Source: Tepidisphaera sp.
GTDB taxonomy: Bacteria; Planctomycetota; Phycisphaerae; Phycisphaerales; UBA1924
Reading direction: 5' to 3'
Assembly (NCBI GenBank): GCA_050916045.1
Contig: CP051526.1
Location: forward strand, 704,001 to 768,000
DNA length: 64,000 bases
The notes beneath the pieces were generated by a model. That model was given only the letters and a program-made list of their open reading frames with translations. It had not been told where the DNA came from and did no database searches. Positions 52,345 to 61,946 of this stretch are shown one piece after another. The position numbers and the translations under genes were made by a program. Positions within the stretch are counted from its first letter, which is position 1. Every line of letters begins with the position of its first letter.

Positions 52345-53484
52345 TCAGTTCAGCAGGATCGCCGCGAAGGTGTCGCGGGTCGTCGTCGGCTTGGCCATGT
52401 TGGGGTTGACCCCCGCAGCCTCGGCCAGCGCCGCTTCGACTTCTTCGGGCTTCTTCGTGCCCAGGAAGCTCGACTCCAGCACGAGGCGGATCTTCTCCAT
52501 GGCCTTGTTCTGGATCTGGCGGACGCGTTCCTTCGTGACGCCGATGATCTGCCCGACCTGCTCGAGGGTCATGGGCTTTTCCTGCTCGCCGCTCTCGAGA
52601 CCGAAGCGGTGCTCGATCACGGTGCGCTCGACGTCCGTCAGTTCGGCCCGGTTCTCGAGCACGATCTGCTTGACCGCTTCGGCGGCATCCTTCTCGAACG
52701 TCGACCGCTTGGTCTCGAGGAAGTTGGACTTCTCGAGCTTGGGGTCAAAGTCGGTGGGGAATCGCTGGCGGTACTTGCTGAGCTTCATGCCTTGGCGGCT
52801 GAAAGCCTTCAGGATCGCTCGGCAGGCGTAGGTCGAGAACTTGTACCCGCGGCCGGCGTCGAACTTGTCGACGGCGCGGAGCAGAGCCATGTTGCCCTCG
52901 CTGACCAGGTCGGCGAAGTCCACCTCGCTCATGCGCGTCCGCTTGGCCATCGCGAGCACGAGCGCGAGGTTCGTCTCGGCGATCTGCACGCGGATGCGGT
53001 CGGCGATGCGGTGCCACCGCAGGATTTCCAGCGCCTCTTCAGGCGTCGGCTTCTTGCTGGGGGACGCCCAGACATCCTGCTGGATCTTCCACACGCGGTA
53101 CCGCGCGTAGTTGAACTTGTGGAAAAGCACCTTCTCCTGCTTGCCGGAGAGGATGACCTGTTGGGCGCTCTTGACCGTCCGGTTCCGCGTCGTGCTGGAC
53201 AGATCGTCCATCACCGGGTGGTACCACGAGGTGTCCGGGAGCGGGACCGCATCCACGCGTTCGTAGATGTTCTTGTCCGCTTCCTCCTCGTAGAACTCCG
53301 GGCTGTCGATGAAATCCTGCTCGCAGGCCATGATCTGGCTCAAAAGCCGCTCATCGTCCGCGCTCAGGACCACAACCGCCGCTTTGTCCTTGCCCTTTCC
53401 AGCCGGAGTGATGGTCGTCTGCGTCCGACGCCGACGGCGCACCTGCTCCAGAGGACTGACTGTTCGTTTCGTGACTTCTCGCAT
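52345..53484 (-). CDS. Sigma-70 family RNA polymerase sigma factor (regions 2 and 4, truncated region 3)
   Basis: NLALV..MAK, DLVSEGNMALLRAVDKFD..RGYKFSTYA, RFGL, TLEQVG..GVTKERVRQIQ. Confidence 0.93.
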   Translation of the reverse strand: MREVTKRTVSPLEQVRRRRRTQTTITPAGKGKDKAAVVVLSADDERLLSQIMACEQDFIDSPEFYEEEADKNIYERVDAVPLPDTSWYHPVMDDLSSTTRNRTVKSAQQVILSGKQEKVLFHKFNYARYRVWKIQQDVWASPSKKPTPEEALEILRWHRIADRIRVQIAETNLALVLAMAKRTRMSEVDFADLVSEGNMALLRAVDKFDAGRGYKFSTYACRAILKAFSRQGMKLSKYRQRFPTDFDPKLEKSNFLETKRSTFEKDAAEAVKQIVLENRAELTDVERTVIEHRFGLESGEQEKPMTLEQVGQIIGVTKERVRQIQNKAMEKIRLVLESSFLGTKKPEEVEAALAEAAGVNPNMAKPTTTRDTFAAILLN

Positions 53485-54242
53485 GGCTTCATGCCTCAAA
53501 TGTGGACCGGACCAAGTCGTCCCTGAGCCGGATCTCAGATCCGCGAACCCAGGCCGCTGTTCTCCCCACCACCCAAACACCGGCTCAACACCGACGCTTT
53601 CGGCTCCCCCTCATCATGAGGGGCCCAGAGCCCGCCAAGGTTCACCACAAACCGAGGCGACGACCAACTTCCTTCACCGAATCCCAAGCTCTTACGAACC
53701 CGGGCTTCGAATCCGGCTCCCGAACCTGAGTTCGCAGACCAGAACGTTCCGATTCAAACCATCCGCGTTTCGGCCCTTCGGCCGACCGGATCGTGCCACC
53801 ACCGCGCTCCCTCTCGGACGGTCCGTCGTCCCCGCTTCCACCCGCCCGGCTCCGCATCCTGCGTCGCCTCTACGTCCGCTCCCACCCCATCCTGCCCGCC
53901 GGCTCTCGCTCGACCGTCACGTCCGAGAACACCGTACGCCACCCAACCGAAGCGACCAACTCCGCTGTCATTCTACGACTTTCAGAGCCGCAGGTTCCGG
54001 TTCTTTAGAACCATTTGAACATACGGTTCAAGTTTCGAGACCTTCGTCAGAATGTCGAGCGACCAACATGACCACCGGCACGAACCTGATAGGTTCGCGT
54101 TCGGCTCCAGACGTCTCTTCTTCAACGGCCCACGAATTTGCCGATGCCCACAAAAGCCGTACGACGGTTCGCCCCGACCGTCGTCATCACCTGGACCTCC
54201 ACCATACCAGAAAAAGCCGACAATGCCAACCCGGAGATCACA

Positions 54243-54273
54243 TTTTCCACACAGGATCTGCACGTGTGGAAAA
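54243..54273. promoter_or_regulatory. Inverted pair of DnaA-box-consensus 9-mers / palindromic operator
   Basis: ttttccacac-N11-gtgtggaaaa in the sigma/sodA divergent intergenic region. Confidence 0.45.
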
Positions 54274-54378
54274 ACTCGGGTGAACACCCCACTCGCCGCC
54301 GGCTCTTGGGACCTCCTTCCCCGGGCCTTCCTCCCGCGGAGTACCGTTGAGTCTCACCCCACTCCGAAAGGAACCCAC

Positions 54379-55017
54379 ATGCCCATGACCCTTCCCAATC
54401 TCCCGTACGCCCATAACGCGCTGGAGCCCCACATCGATGCCAAGACCATGGAGATCCACCATGGCAAGCACCACAACGCCTACGTGACCAACGGCAACAA
54501 AGCCCTCGAAGGCACCAAGTTCGCCGACATGGACCCCGTGGCCATCATCAAGGCTCTCGCCGATGTTCCCGACGACAAGCGCGGCCCCGTCCGCAACAAC
54601 GTCGGCGGCCACGTCAACCACTCGATGTTCTGGGAACTCATGGCTGCTCCCGGCAAGGGCGGCGGCGGTGAGCCCGCCGGGGCCCTGAAAGCCGCGATCG
54701 ACAAGTCCTTCGGCGACTTCGCTCACTTCAAGGAAGAGTTCGCCAAAGCCTGCGCCGGCCGCTTCGGCTCCGGCTGGGCTTGGCTCGTCGTCCACAACGG
54801 CGCGGTCTCCATCTGTTCAACTCCCAACCAGGACAATCCTCTCATGGGCAAAGCCATCGCCGGCTGCGAAGGCACGCCCATCCTCGGCTGCGACGTCTGG
54901 GAACACGCGTACTACCTGAACTACCAGAACCGCCGCCCCGACTACGTCACCGCGTGGTGGAACGTCGTGAACTGGTCCAAGGTCGCCGAGCACTACGCGA
55001 AGGCAGGCGGGAAGTAA
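54379..55017 (+). CDS. sodA: Superoxide dismutase, probably Mn-type
   Basis: [38 protein letters not shown]. Confidence 0.93.
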   Translation: MPMTLPNLPYAHNALEPHIDAKTMEIHHGKHHNAYVTNGNKALEGTKFADMDPVAIIKALADVPDDKRGPVRNNVGGHVNHSMFWELMAAPGKGGGGEPAGALKAAIDKSFGDFAHFKEEFAKACAGRFGSGWAWLVVHNGAVSICSTPNQDNPLMGKAIAGCEGTPILGCDVWEHAYYLNYQNRRPDYVTAWWNVVNWSKVAEHYAKAGGK

Positions 55018-55052
55018 GGCCCGGAACGGGCCGGCAGAATCCACGACCGAAC

Positions 55053-55085
55053 GAGACGACCGCGCAAGCGGTCGTTTCTCTTTTC
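55053..55085 (+). terminator. Intrinsic terminator after sodA
   Basis: acgaccgc-gcaa-gcggtcgt stem followed by ttctctttt. Confidence 0.7.
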
Positions 55086-55102
55086 GCTCGACGCAGGTGC
55101 GA

Positions 55103-55387
55103 TCAGCGCCGCTGACGCCGCATCACCACGAGCCCGCCCACGGCGAGCAGAGCCACGGTTCCCGGCGAGGGCACATCCTCCGCTCCGGTCGTCCCGCGAG
55201 CTTCGGGGGCGGCGGGCGCATCGCGGAGCGGACGCGCCGAGGGCCCGGCTTGGCCGAGGTCTTCCGGCAACTGACTCGACACGCCGCGGGGCGGCTGGAC
55301 CTGCGTCTCTCCTGGCGCAGGCCCAACCGCCGCCATCGCGACACCCACCGCGCACACGATCCCCCCCGTCAACACACCCGAACGCAT
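55103..55387 (-). CDS. Minimal PEP-CTERM-type protein
   Basis: Hydrophobic N-terminus, Pro-rich linker, VPSPGTVALLAVGGLVVMRRQRR*. Confidence 0.65.
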   Translation of the reverse strand: MRSGVLTGGIVCAVGVAMAAVGPAPGETQVQPPRGVSSQLPEDLGQAGPSARPLRDAPAAPEARGTTGAEDVPSPGTVALLAVGGLVVMRRQRR

Positions 55388-55642
55388 GATCTCCCTCTCT
55401 CCATGACTCGAAAGACGCACACCATCGTTCCCGACAGTGCGTGCTTGTCCACTCAGAGAGCGTCAAGATCCCGCGAGAAGCGCGATGAAAATGGAGCCGT
55501 AACGCTTGCACGACGTTCACTCTGCCTCCGGCTTGTCCATTTTCACAACGCGGCCACTCTCCAGTTCGGGGGGACATCGCGTTGCCTCGCTTCGTCGCGC
55601 GGAAGTATTGGGCGATACCTGACGAGATCTTTGCACCCAAGT

Positions 55643-55670
55643 AAAAGAGCCCTTCTCGCGAAGGGCTCTC
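55643..55670 (-). terminator. Intrinsic terminator after ftsK
   Basis: Minus strand agagcccttc-gcga-gaagggctct followed by ttt. Confidence 0.75.
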
Positions 55671-55695
55671 GGATCACATGGGCTCGGTCGACGAC

Positions 55696-58600
55696 TTAGA
55701 GGTTCTCATCCTCATCATCGTCTTCCTTCCGCTCAAAGGGCGGGTCCTCGGCTCGGCGGACGGGTTCTTCGGGCTGGCTGTTGAAGAGAGCGGCTTGTTC
55801 TTCCTTACCTTTGACGGGCCAGGACAAGCCCTTTTGCTGGGCTTCTTCCTTCGCCATGGCTTTCATCATTTCCCATTCTTCGGGCGTGATGAGCACATCG
55901 CGAGCGACGGAGCCCTTGTGGTCGGAGATGATGCCGGCGATGCCCATGAGGTCGATCAGGCGGCTTGAGCGGGTGTAGCCGATCGCGAGGCGGCGCTGGA
56001 GCAAGCTGACGGAGCCGCGGCGGGATTCGAGGACGATCTCGACGGCGCGTTCGAAGAGGGGGTCTTCCTGAGCGGCTTTGAGGCTTGCGGAGGAGTTGTT
56101 CTTGCTTTGGAGGAGGCGGTCCTCGTCGGAGAGGGCGGCCTGGGTCGTGCCGTCCTCGCTGGGGCGGCGGAGCTGGAGCAGCTGGCGCTCGAAGCTCGGG
56201 CCGGCGACATCCTTCATGAAGCGGACGACGTGGCGGATTTCCTTGTCATCGACGAGGGTGCCCTGGGCGCGGCTCAGCTTGTTGGTGCGGGGGTTGAGGA
56301 AGAGCATGTCGCCGTGGCCCAGGAGCAGCTCAGCGCCCTTGCTGTCGAGGACGATGCGGCTGTCCATGCCGGAAGCGACGCGGAAAGCGACGCGGCAGGG
56401 CATGTTGCTCTTGATGAGGCCGGTGACGACGTTGGCCTGCGGGCGCTGGGTGGCGAGGATGAGGTGCATGCCGACGGCGCGGGCTTTCTGAGCGATGCGG
56501 ATGATGTGGGACTCGACCTCCTTGGCGGTCATCATGAGGTCGGCGAGCTCGTCGATGATGAAGACCATGTAGGGGAGCTTGCGGGGGACGCGGGCGCCTT
56601 CCTCGTCGGTGGCGATGTTGAGGCGTTCCTTGAGCTCTTCCCAGGTGAGTTCGTTGTAGCTTGCGATGTCGCGGCAGCCGGCTTCGGCGAGGAGCTCGTA
56701 CCGCTCATCCATCTTGGTGCAGGCCCATTCGAGGATGGCGGCGGCTTTGCCCATCTCGGTGACGACGGGGCACATGAGGTGCGGGATGTCCTTGAACTGC
56801 GACATCTCGACCATCTTGGGATCGACGAGGACCATCTTGAGCTCGCTGGGCTTCTTCGTGTAGAGGAAGCTCATGATGATGGTGTTCATGCACACGCTCT
56901 TGCCCGAGCCGGTGGTGCCGGCGATGAGCATGTGGGGCATCTTGGCGAGGTCTTCGATGAGGGGCTCGCCGCTGGCATCCTTGCCGAGGAACATCGGGAG
57001 CTTCATCGCCCCGAAGCGTTCGGTCTTGGCCATGAGCTCCTTGAGGCGGACCTTCTCCTTCTGGGAGTTGGGGACCTCGATGCCGATGGTGTCGCGGCCG
57101 GCCTGGTTGGGGACGATGCGGATGTTGACGGACTTGAGAGCCCGGGCGATGTCGCTGCTGACGGCGGAGACGGCCGAGACCTTGGTGCCCGGGGCGAGGC
57201 GGACGTCAAAGAGGGTGATGACGGGGCCGCTCTCGATGCCCACGACTTCGCCGTCGATGCCGTACTGCTGCATGGCGGATTCGAGGGCGGCGGCCTGCTC
57301 GCGGACGTACTCCTCGAGCTTGGCGTTGAAGTTCTCTTCGGGGTTCTCGAGGAGGTCCATGCCGGGGAAGCGGTACTGCTTGCCCTCGATCTCGAGCTGC
57401 TGGGCGGACTGGAACCCGGCGAGGTCGGCGTCGGTGGCGACCTCGCGGTTGTCCTGGCCGAACATCACGGGGAGCTTGGCCATCTTCTCGCGGAGGGCGT
57501 CCTTGTCGAAGATCTGGGGAGCGCCGGGGAGGTCTTCCTCCTCTTCCTCCTCGTCCTTGGCCTGGGCCGCTTCGTCGTCGGCGGATTCGTCGTCAGTTTC
57601 GTCGTCGGCTTCGTCGGTGGGTTCGGTCTCGTCGTCTTCGTCGGGCTCCTGGCCGCCCTTGGCTTCCTCGTCCGGATCATCGATGCCCAGGCGTGCGGCG
57701 CGATCGGCGAGGTCTTCGTCGGATTCGATCTCGGGCTCGGTCGCCACACTGCCACCCGTTTCACCGGGGAACATGGCGGCGGGCTGTTCCGCGACGTTCT
57801 TCGCGCGGCGGCCCCCGTTCTTGCGGCGTTCTTCGGCGCGGGCCTTCATCTCTTCGACGAAGTCGCCCGGCTCCGCGTCTGTCGCGGAGCCCGAGCCGCC
57901 CGAGCCGCGGAACATCGCGGCGATCTTGGCGAAGAGGCTTCCGCTCGCGCGGCCCGCGCCCACCGCCGCGGCGCCCGCGACGGGCAGCGCGACGCTCCCG
58001 GTGTACTTGCCCGCGACGATGGCCGCGGGGACGCCGCGGTCGCGCATGAAGCGGCCGGCCCAGAAGACAAGCTCATCGGCGGCCACGATCATGCCCACGA
58101 CGAGGAAAAGGATGAACCACAGGGCTGTCCCGACGATCCCGAAGCGTGCTTTGAGGAGTTCGGACGCGTTGACGCCGAGCTTGCCGCCGGCGAGATCGGC
58201 GAAGTGGCCGCTCGCGGGCCAGAGCAGGGCCTGCACACCCGCGATGCAGACGGCGACAAGGAAGACGCCGATGAGCCGCGTCCAGAGGTGCGAGGGGCGC
58301 ATGCCGATCGCGAGGGCGATGAGCCCCGCGCCCACGCCGCCGACCAAGACCCACGCGCCCCAGCCCGCCAACGTCAGCAGCTGATACGCGACCAGCGAGC
58401 CAAAGGCCCCGCAGAGGTTGGTGACGGCCGCTTTGTCCATGGTCGAGGTGTGGCTCGGCCAGTCGGCGGCTTTGAACGTGAGCAGGGCGATCAAGACAAA
58501 GGCCCAGGCCGCAAGCCCGGCGAGAATCCCGATCCGCGTCAGCACGCCCACCTTGACCCCCCCCCAATTTTCAAACCTTCCGGCGCCCGCCCCCCGGGGG

Positions 58601-58764
58601 TCTTCCGGCGTGCCTCCCCGCTTTCCGGCGTGGGAGCGAGGTGAAGGCTCAACGAACGAATCCGCCCCGAGCCCCTTCCGCGAGCGCCGCCCGGCCAAAG
58701 CCGCCGCGCCGGAGTCCAAAACAGAAGAAGAGGAGGGAGGAGGGGGGGGTGGTGGGGGTGTCAT
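55696..58764 (-). CDS. ftsK: DNA translocase FtsK
   Basis: N-terminal TM domain, acidic linker, GPVIT, PHMLIAGTTGSGKS, IIDELADLMM, LATQRP, GAELLLGHGDML, gamma domain SVSLLQRRLAIGY; start uncertain. Confidence 0.96.
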   Translation of the reverse strand: MTPPPPPPPPSSSSVLDSGAAALAGRRSRKGLGADSFVEPSPRSHAGKRGGTPEDPRGAGAGRFENWGGVKVGVLTRIGILAGLAAWAFVLIALLTFKAADWPSHTSTMDKAAVTNLCGAFGSLVAYQLLTLAGWGAWVLVGGVGAGLIALAIGMRPSHLWTRLIGVFLVAVCIAGVQALLWPASGHFADLAGGKLGVNASELLKARFGIVGTALWFILFLVVGMIVAADELVFWAGRFMRDRGVPAAIVAGKYTGSVALPVAGAAAVGAGRASGSLFAKIAAMFRGSGGSGSATDAEPGDFVEEMKARAEERRKNGGRRAKNVAEQPAAMFPGETGGSVATEPEIESDEDLADRAARLGIDDPDEEAKGGQEPDEDDETEPTDEADDETDDESADDEAAQAKDEEEEEEDLPGAPQIFDKDALREKMAKLPVMFGQDNREVATDADLAGFQSAQQLEIEGKQYRFPGMDLLENPEENFNAKLEEYVREQAAALESAMQQYGIDGEVVGIESGPVITLFDVRLAPGTKVSAVSAVSSDIARALKSVNIRIVPNQAGRDTIGIEVPNSQKEKVRLKELMAKTERFGAMKLPMFLGKDASGEPLIEDLAKMPHMLIAGTTGSGKSVCMNTIIMSFLYTKKPSELKMVLVDPKMVEMSQFKDIPHLMCPVVTEMGKAAAILEWACTKMDERYELLAEAGCRDIASYNELTWEELKERLNIATDEEGARVPRKLPYMVFIIDELADLMMTAKEVESHIIRIAQKARAVGMHLILATQRPQANVVTGLIKSNMPCRVAFRVASGMDSRIVLDSKGAELLLGHGDMLFLNPRTNKLSRAQGTLVDDKEIRHVVRFMKDVAGPSFERQLLQLRRPSEDGTTQAALSDEDRLLQSKNNSSASLKAAQEDPLFERAVEIVLESRRGSVSLLQRRLAIGYTRSSRLIDLMGIAGIISDHKGSVARDVLITPEEWEMMKAMAKEEAQQKGLSWPVKGKEEQAALFNSQPEEPVRRAEDPPFERKEDDDEDENL

Positions 58765-58918
58765 GGGTAAGCATCCTTGCTTGAACCTCATCGTATCGGC
58801 CATTTGGCCCGAGAACCCCCACCCCGACTTCGTCCAGGACGCACACAACCCCGCTGGGAGTCTGCCAAGCGGGGTCGGGGCGTCGATTCGTCCGAACATG
58901 TTCCGATCGGCGGGCGGG

Positions 58919-59302
58919 TCAGGGGGCGACGTTGAACCGACGGAAGGTGGCGGTGTACGCGATCGACCACGCGCGGCCCCGGTCGGTGGCTTCGCCTTCT
59001 TCGAAGCGGATGAACGACATGTCCGCCCACGAGCGGCCCGCGCCGTCGAGGAGCGTGCCGGCGGTCGGGGGGTTGATGAGCATGTCCGTCACGGCGTCGC
59101 GAAGGGCCCAGAGGGCGGTCTCGCTGGTGGCGACCAGCCGCCCGGTCACGATCACGTCGAGTTCCTGGACACCCGACGGGTATGAGTTGGGGCCCGGAGA
59201 GGCGATCTGAGCGTCGACGAGGATGAACGAGCCTTGGCGTCCCTGTGCGAAGCGGTGGGGGCCGGAGCCGAAGATGTTCTGGCCTTTGAATGAACTTGGC
59301 AT
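58919..59302 (-). CDS. Phage-module hypothetical protein (beta-rich, possibly neck/tail completion)
   Basis: Last gene of the co-oriented head module; abuts the upstream gene's stop codon. Confidence 0.65.
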   Translation of the reverse strand: MPSSFKGQNIFGSGPHRFAQGRQGSFILVDAQIASPGPNSYPSGVQELDVIVTGRLVATSETALWALRDAVTDMLINPPTAGTLLDGAGRSWADMSFIRFEEGEATDRGRAWSIAYTATFRRFNVAP

Positions 59303-59737
59303 TTAGATCTCCGCTCCCGCGTCGGTGATGGTGATCGCGTCGGCCGCGCCGTCGGCGGACACCATGAGAAACCGCAGGACCCGGGTGGCGACGACGCCCG
59401 AGGCGGCGGATGCCCCGCTCCGAAGCTCGGTCTCGCTCGAAAGCAGCACCGCGACGCCGGAGAGTTTGCGGCGGGCGGTTTCGGACGCGGCCGGCGCGGT
59501 CCAGACCGCGAGCGTGCCGGAAGCCCCGGGCTTGAGGTCGGTCACATCCTCGCGGATGAGGTGCTGTCTGACCGAGACGGTCACGCGCTGCTCGGGCACG
59601 TCGGCGAAGGTGATGTGGGGCCCGCCGTCGCCGCGATCGGCGATGAGTTTGTCCGGGGCGCGGTCGATCGCGACGGCGGTGACGCTTTCGATGGTGGTGG
59701 CTCCGAACTTGACGGACCTTGGCATGAGCATGAGCAT
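59303..59737 (-). CDS. Phage-module hypothetical protein (possibly tail-tube/neck-like fold)
   Basis: 144-aa beta-rich ORF in the head module. Confidence 0.65.
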   Translation of the reverse strand: MLMLMPRSVKFGATTIESVTAVAIDRAPDKLIADRGDGGPHITFADVPEQRVTVSVRQHLIREDVTDLKPGASGTLAVWTAPAASETARRKLSGVAVLLSSETELRSGASAASGVVATRVLRFLMVSADGAADAITITDAGAEI

Positions 59738-59782
59738 CAGGATTCCCCCTTTCCGCGCGACCGAGCGCGGCTGTGACTTGGT

Positions 59783-60433
59783 TCAGCCGCGCTTCATGCG
59801 GGCGACGCTCAGACCCCGGACCTCATCGGCGGCACCGTCGCCGTCGAGATCGAGCCGGATCCCGATGCGCTCGCGTTCCTTCACGAACCGCTCGCGGTAC
59901 CACTCCGCACGCTGGTGCCCCGGCGAGCCCGCACCGAGCAAACCCGAAGCCCCGGCCCAGATGATCGCGAGGGCCCCGAGGGCTTCGAGACGGATGACGC
60001 CAGGTTCGCGAAGGATCTTGCTTTCGTCGATGGCTCCGGAAGGCGCGGTGCCGGCGGCTTCGACGCCCGCGAGCCGGACGATCTCGGCGTGGGCCATGGC
60101 GATCTGCGGGGCGAAGGTCGCGATGGTGCATTCGACGCTCGCGGCGGCGGTGGGGGGGATGATGTCGGCGGCCGTGCTTTCGCGGAGGCGCGAGATCGTG
60201 AGCTGCGTCGCGCTGAGGCGTGCGGCGATCTCGTACGACACGCCCGCGGCGACGACGACGTGGCCGTCCCGCACGCCCGCCGCGTCCAGCGCGACCTCGG
60301 GCGAAGCGATCGTGAGCGTCGTGCCCGCGATGGTGCCGGTGCCGCGGCTGAGACGTTGCCCGACCCAGCCCACATCGCGGAAGAGGTTGGGTTCAAGCAC
60401 GAGAAGGTCCCGATCGGTCGCGAAGTTCGCCAT
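59783..60433 (-). CDS. Putative head-tail connector/adaptor-like protein
   Basis: Directly follows capsid gene; MANFATDRDLL start typical of adaptors; helical C-terminus with DLDGDGAAD. Confidence 0.6.
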   Translation of the reverse strand: MANFATDRDLLVLEPNLFRDVGWVGQRLSRGTGTIAGTTLTIASPEVALDAAGVRDGHVVVAAGVSYEIAARLSATQLTISRLRESTAADIIPPTAAASVECTIATFAPQIAMAHAEIVRLAGVEAAGTAPSGAIDESKILREPGVIRLEALGALAIIWAGASGLLGAGSPGHQRAEWYRERFVKERERIGIRLDLDGDGAADEVRGLSVARMKRG

Positions 60434-60510
60434 GCTCATCCTTTCGTCGTCGGTCCAATCCGCGGCGGGAGCCGTCAAGCCCGCGCCGCGGAGCAGTGAA
60501 GAGAAGAATT

Positions 60511-60542
60511 CACGAAGCCACGCAGTCACGAAGCCACACAGT
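60511..60542. repeat. 16-bp direct tandem repeat downstream of capsid gene
   Basis: cacgaagccacgcagt cacgaagccacacagt. Confidence 0.6.
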
Positions 60543-60600
60543 CGCAAGACATGGGCAAGCCGTGAAGCGTGCCGCTCGTGCGCTTCCCGGTTCGCGTGCT

Positions 60601-61770
60601 TTACGTGATCGACAAGCCACGGATCGCCGCGTGGGCGTTCTCGTTCTTGAACTCCATGGTGTACTCGCCGATCACCTGCCCGTGGATCGCATCGCCGGTT
60701 GAGCCCATCGGCTTGTACTGGAAGCTGCGGCCCCGCAAGGGCAGCACCTCGATCCGCGAGCTGTCGAGCAGCAGAGCGGTGTCGGCGGGCACCCAGCGGC
60801 TCATGATGACCCGGCAGACGCCAAAGTCGCTTTCGTAGACGCCGACGAGGTCGCGGAACTTGACATCCTCCGGCTGGTACGCGCGGAGCGTGCTGGCGAA
60901 GGAGTTGATGCGACGCTTCTGCAGGCCGCTGACGACGATCGTGTCGATCTGGCCGCTGCTCTGCTCCCACGCGAGGCGCAGCGCGGAGTTGAGGACCAGC
61001 TCGTTGAGGTCGGTGCCCGCGCCGCCGCCCGCGGGGAAGCCGCTCTGCCCGGGCGTGAAGACGTTGGTCGTGATCTGCTTGACGATGCCGTTCATGGAGC
61101 GGCGGACGCTCGCCCCGCCCTGCGGCGTGGAGGTGGGAGCGGTCCCGTTGATGACGCAGCTTTCCAGGTCGCGGAGCAGTTCGCGCATGCGTTCCTGCTT
61201 CTGATAGTCGAGTTCGTCCGTCGTCCCGTGCTGCCGCGTGGCCTGCATCGACCCCGAGACCTCGACGGTGGCGGCGAAGATCTGGGTGTAGTTCTGCCTG
61301 CGCACGCGGTTGGTGAAACGGGCCGAGGCGGCGTCGGCGCCTTCGAGCGCAGCGTTGCCGAGGATGAAAAGCCTGCGGCCGTTGGCGAGCGTGGCTTTCA
61401 CGGTGCTGCCGTAGCCGCGGACGACGGTGAGGATGTTGCCGGCGACGGCGGTGACCTGCATGACTTCGACGCTCTGGTCGGGTCGGACGAGGTCTCCGAT
61501 CTGGAATCGGGCGCCGTTGACCACGGTGAGCGAGGTGGCGTTCTGCGGGTCGGGCGTGAAGGTCGTCTGGTTGAGGGCGTCGGTGTTGGGGAGGAGTGTG
61601 TCTTCGATCCATTCGTGGACCGTGCTGGTCGCGGCTTTCTTGGGGTCCCCGAGGTAATCCAGGAGCGGGGTTTCCCACGGCGAGACGATCCCGATGACAT
61701 CCGACACATCCTCGACGAGTTCCGGCAGGTCGGTGCCCGCGGCGAACGTCGGCTTTCCGGTAAACGGCAT
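60601..61770 (-). CDS. Major capsid protein (SU10/DUF5309-like, HK97 fold) with inserted beta domain
   Basis: EDVSDVI..VSP.ETP, HEW.ED.L, NYTQIF..VEVSGS, ELLRDLE, R.MNG, YESDFG, GEYT.E..NE.AH; RBS AGGAGG. Confidence 0.85.
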   Translation of the reverse strand: MPFTGKPTFAAGTDLPELVEDVSDVIGIVSPWETPLLDYLGDPKKAATSTVHEWIEDTLLPNTDALNQTTFTPDPQNATSLTVVNGARFQIGDLVRPDQSVEVMQVTAVAGNILTVVRGYGSTVKATLANGRRLFILGNAALEGADAASARFTNRVRRQNYTQIFAATVEVSGSMQATRQHGTTDELDYQKQERMRELLRDLESCVINGTAPTSTPQGGASVRRSMNGIVKQITTNVFTPGQSGFPAGGGAGTDLNELVLNSALRLAWEQSSGQIDTIVVSGLQKRRINSFASTLRAYQPEDVKFRDLVGVYESDFGVCRVIMSRWVPADTALLLDSSRIEVLPLRGRSFQYKPMGSTGDAIHGQVIGEYTMEFKNENAHAAIRGLSIT

Positions 61771-61851
61771 GCAAAATCCTCCTGTGGACCCCCCGACCCC
61801 GCCAGCGAAGCTCGCGCACGCGGCGAGCAAGGCGCGGGGCGGATGATCCGG

Positions 61852-61917
61852 TCAAATTTCAAATTTCAAATTTCAAATTTCAAATTTCAAATTTCAAATC
61901 TCAAATCTCAAACCTCA
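61852..61917. repeat. Heptamer tandem repeat, 9 units
   Basis: (TCAAATT)x6 (TCAAATC)x2 TCAAACC between scaffold and capsid genes. Confidence 0.9.
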
Positions 61918-61946
61918 GGCCGCCCTCGCGGCTCTCCGCCGCCGCG

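Noticed and set aside
53690..53730. ggcttcgaatcc resembling a tRNA T-loop
   Set aside because: The T-stem does not pair and no cloverleaf or acceptor stem can be built.
60601..61770. Capsid protein as an encapsulin shell
   Set aside because: It is accompanied by portal- and scaffold-like genes, which encapsulin operons lack, and no cargo enzyme is adjacent.
59783..61855. 690-aa ORF open through the capsid gene, suggesting a -1 frameshift fusion of capsid to the next protein
   Set aside because: No slippery heptamer was seen near the capsid 3' end, the downstream gene has its own RBS and ATG, and long open alternate frames are common at this GC content.
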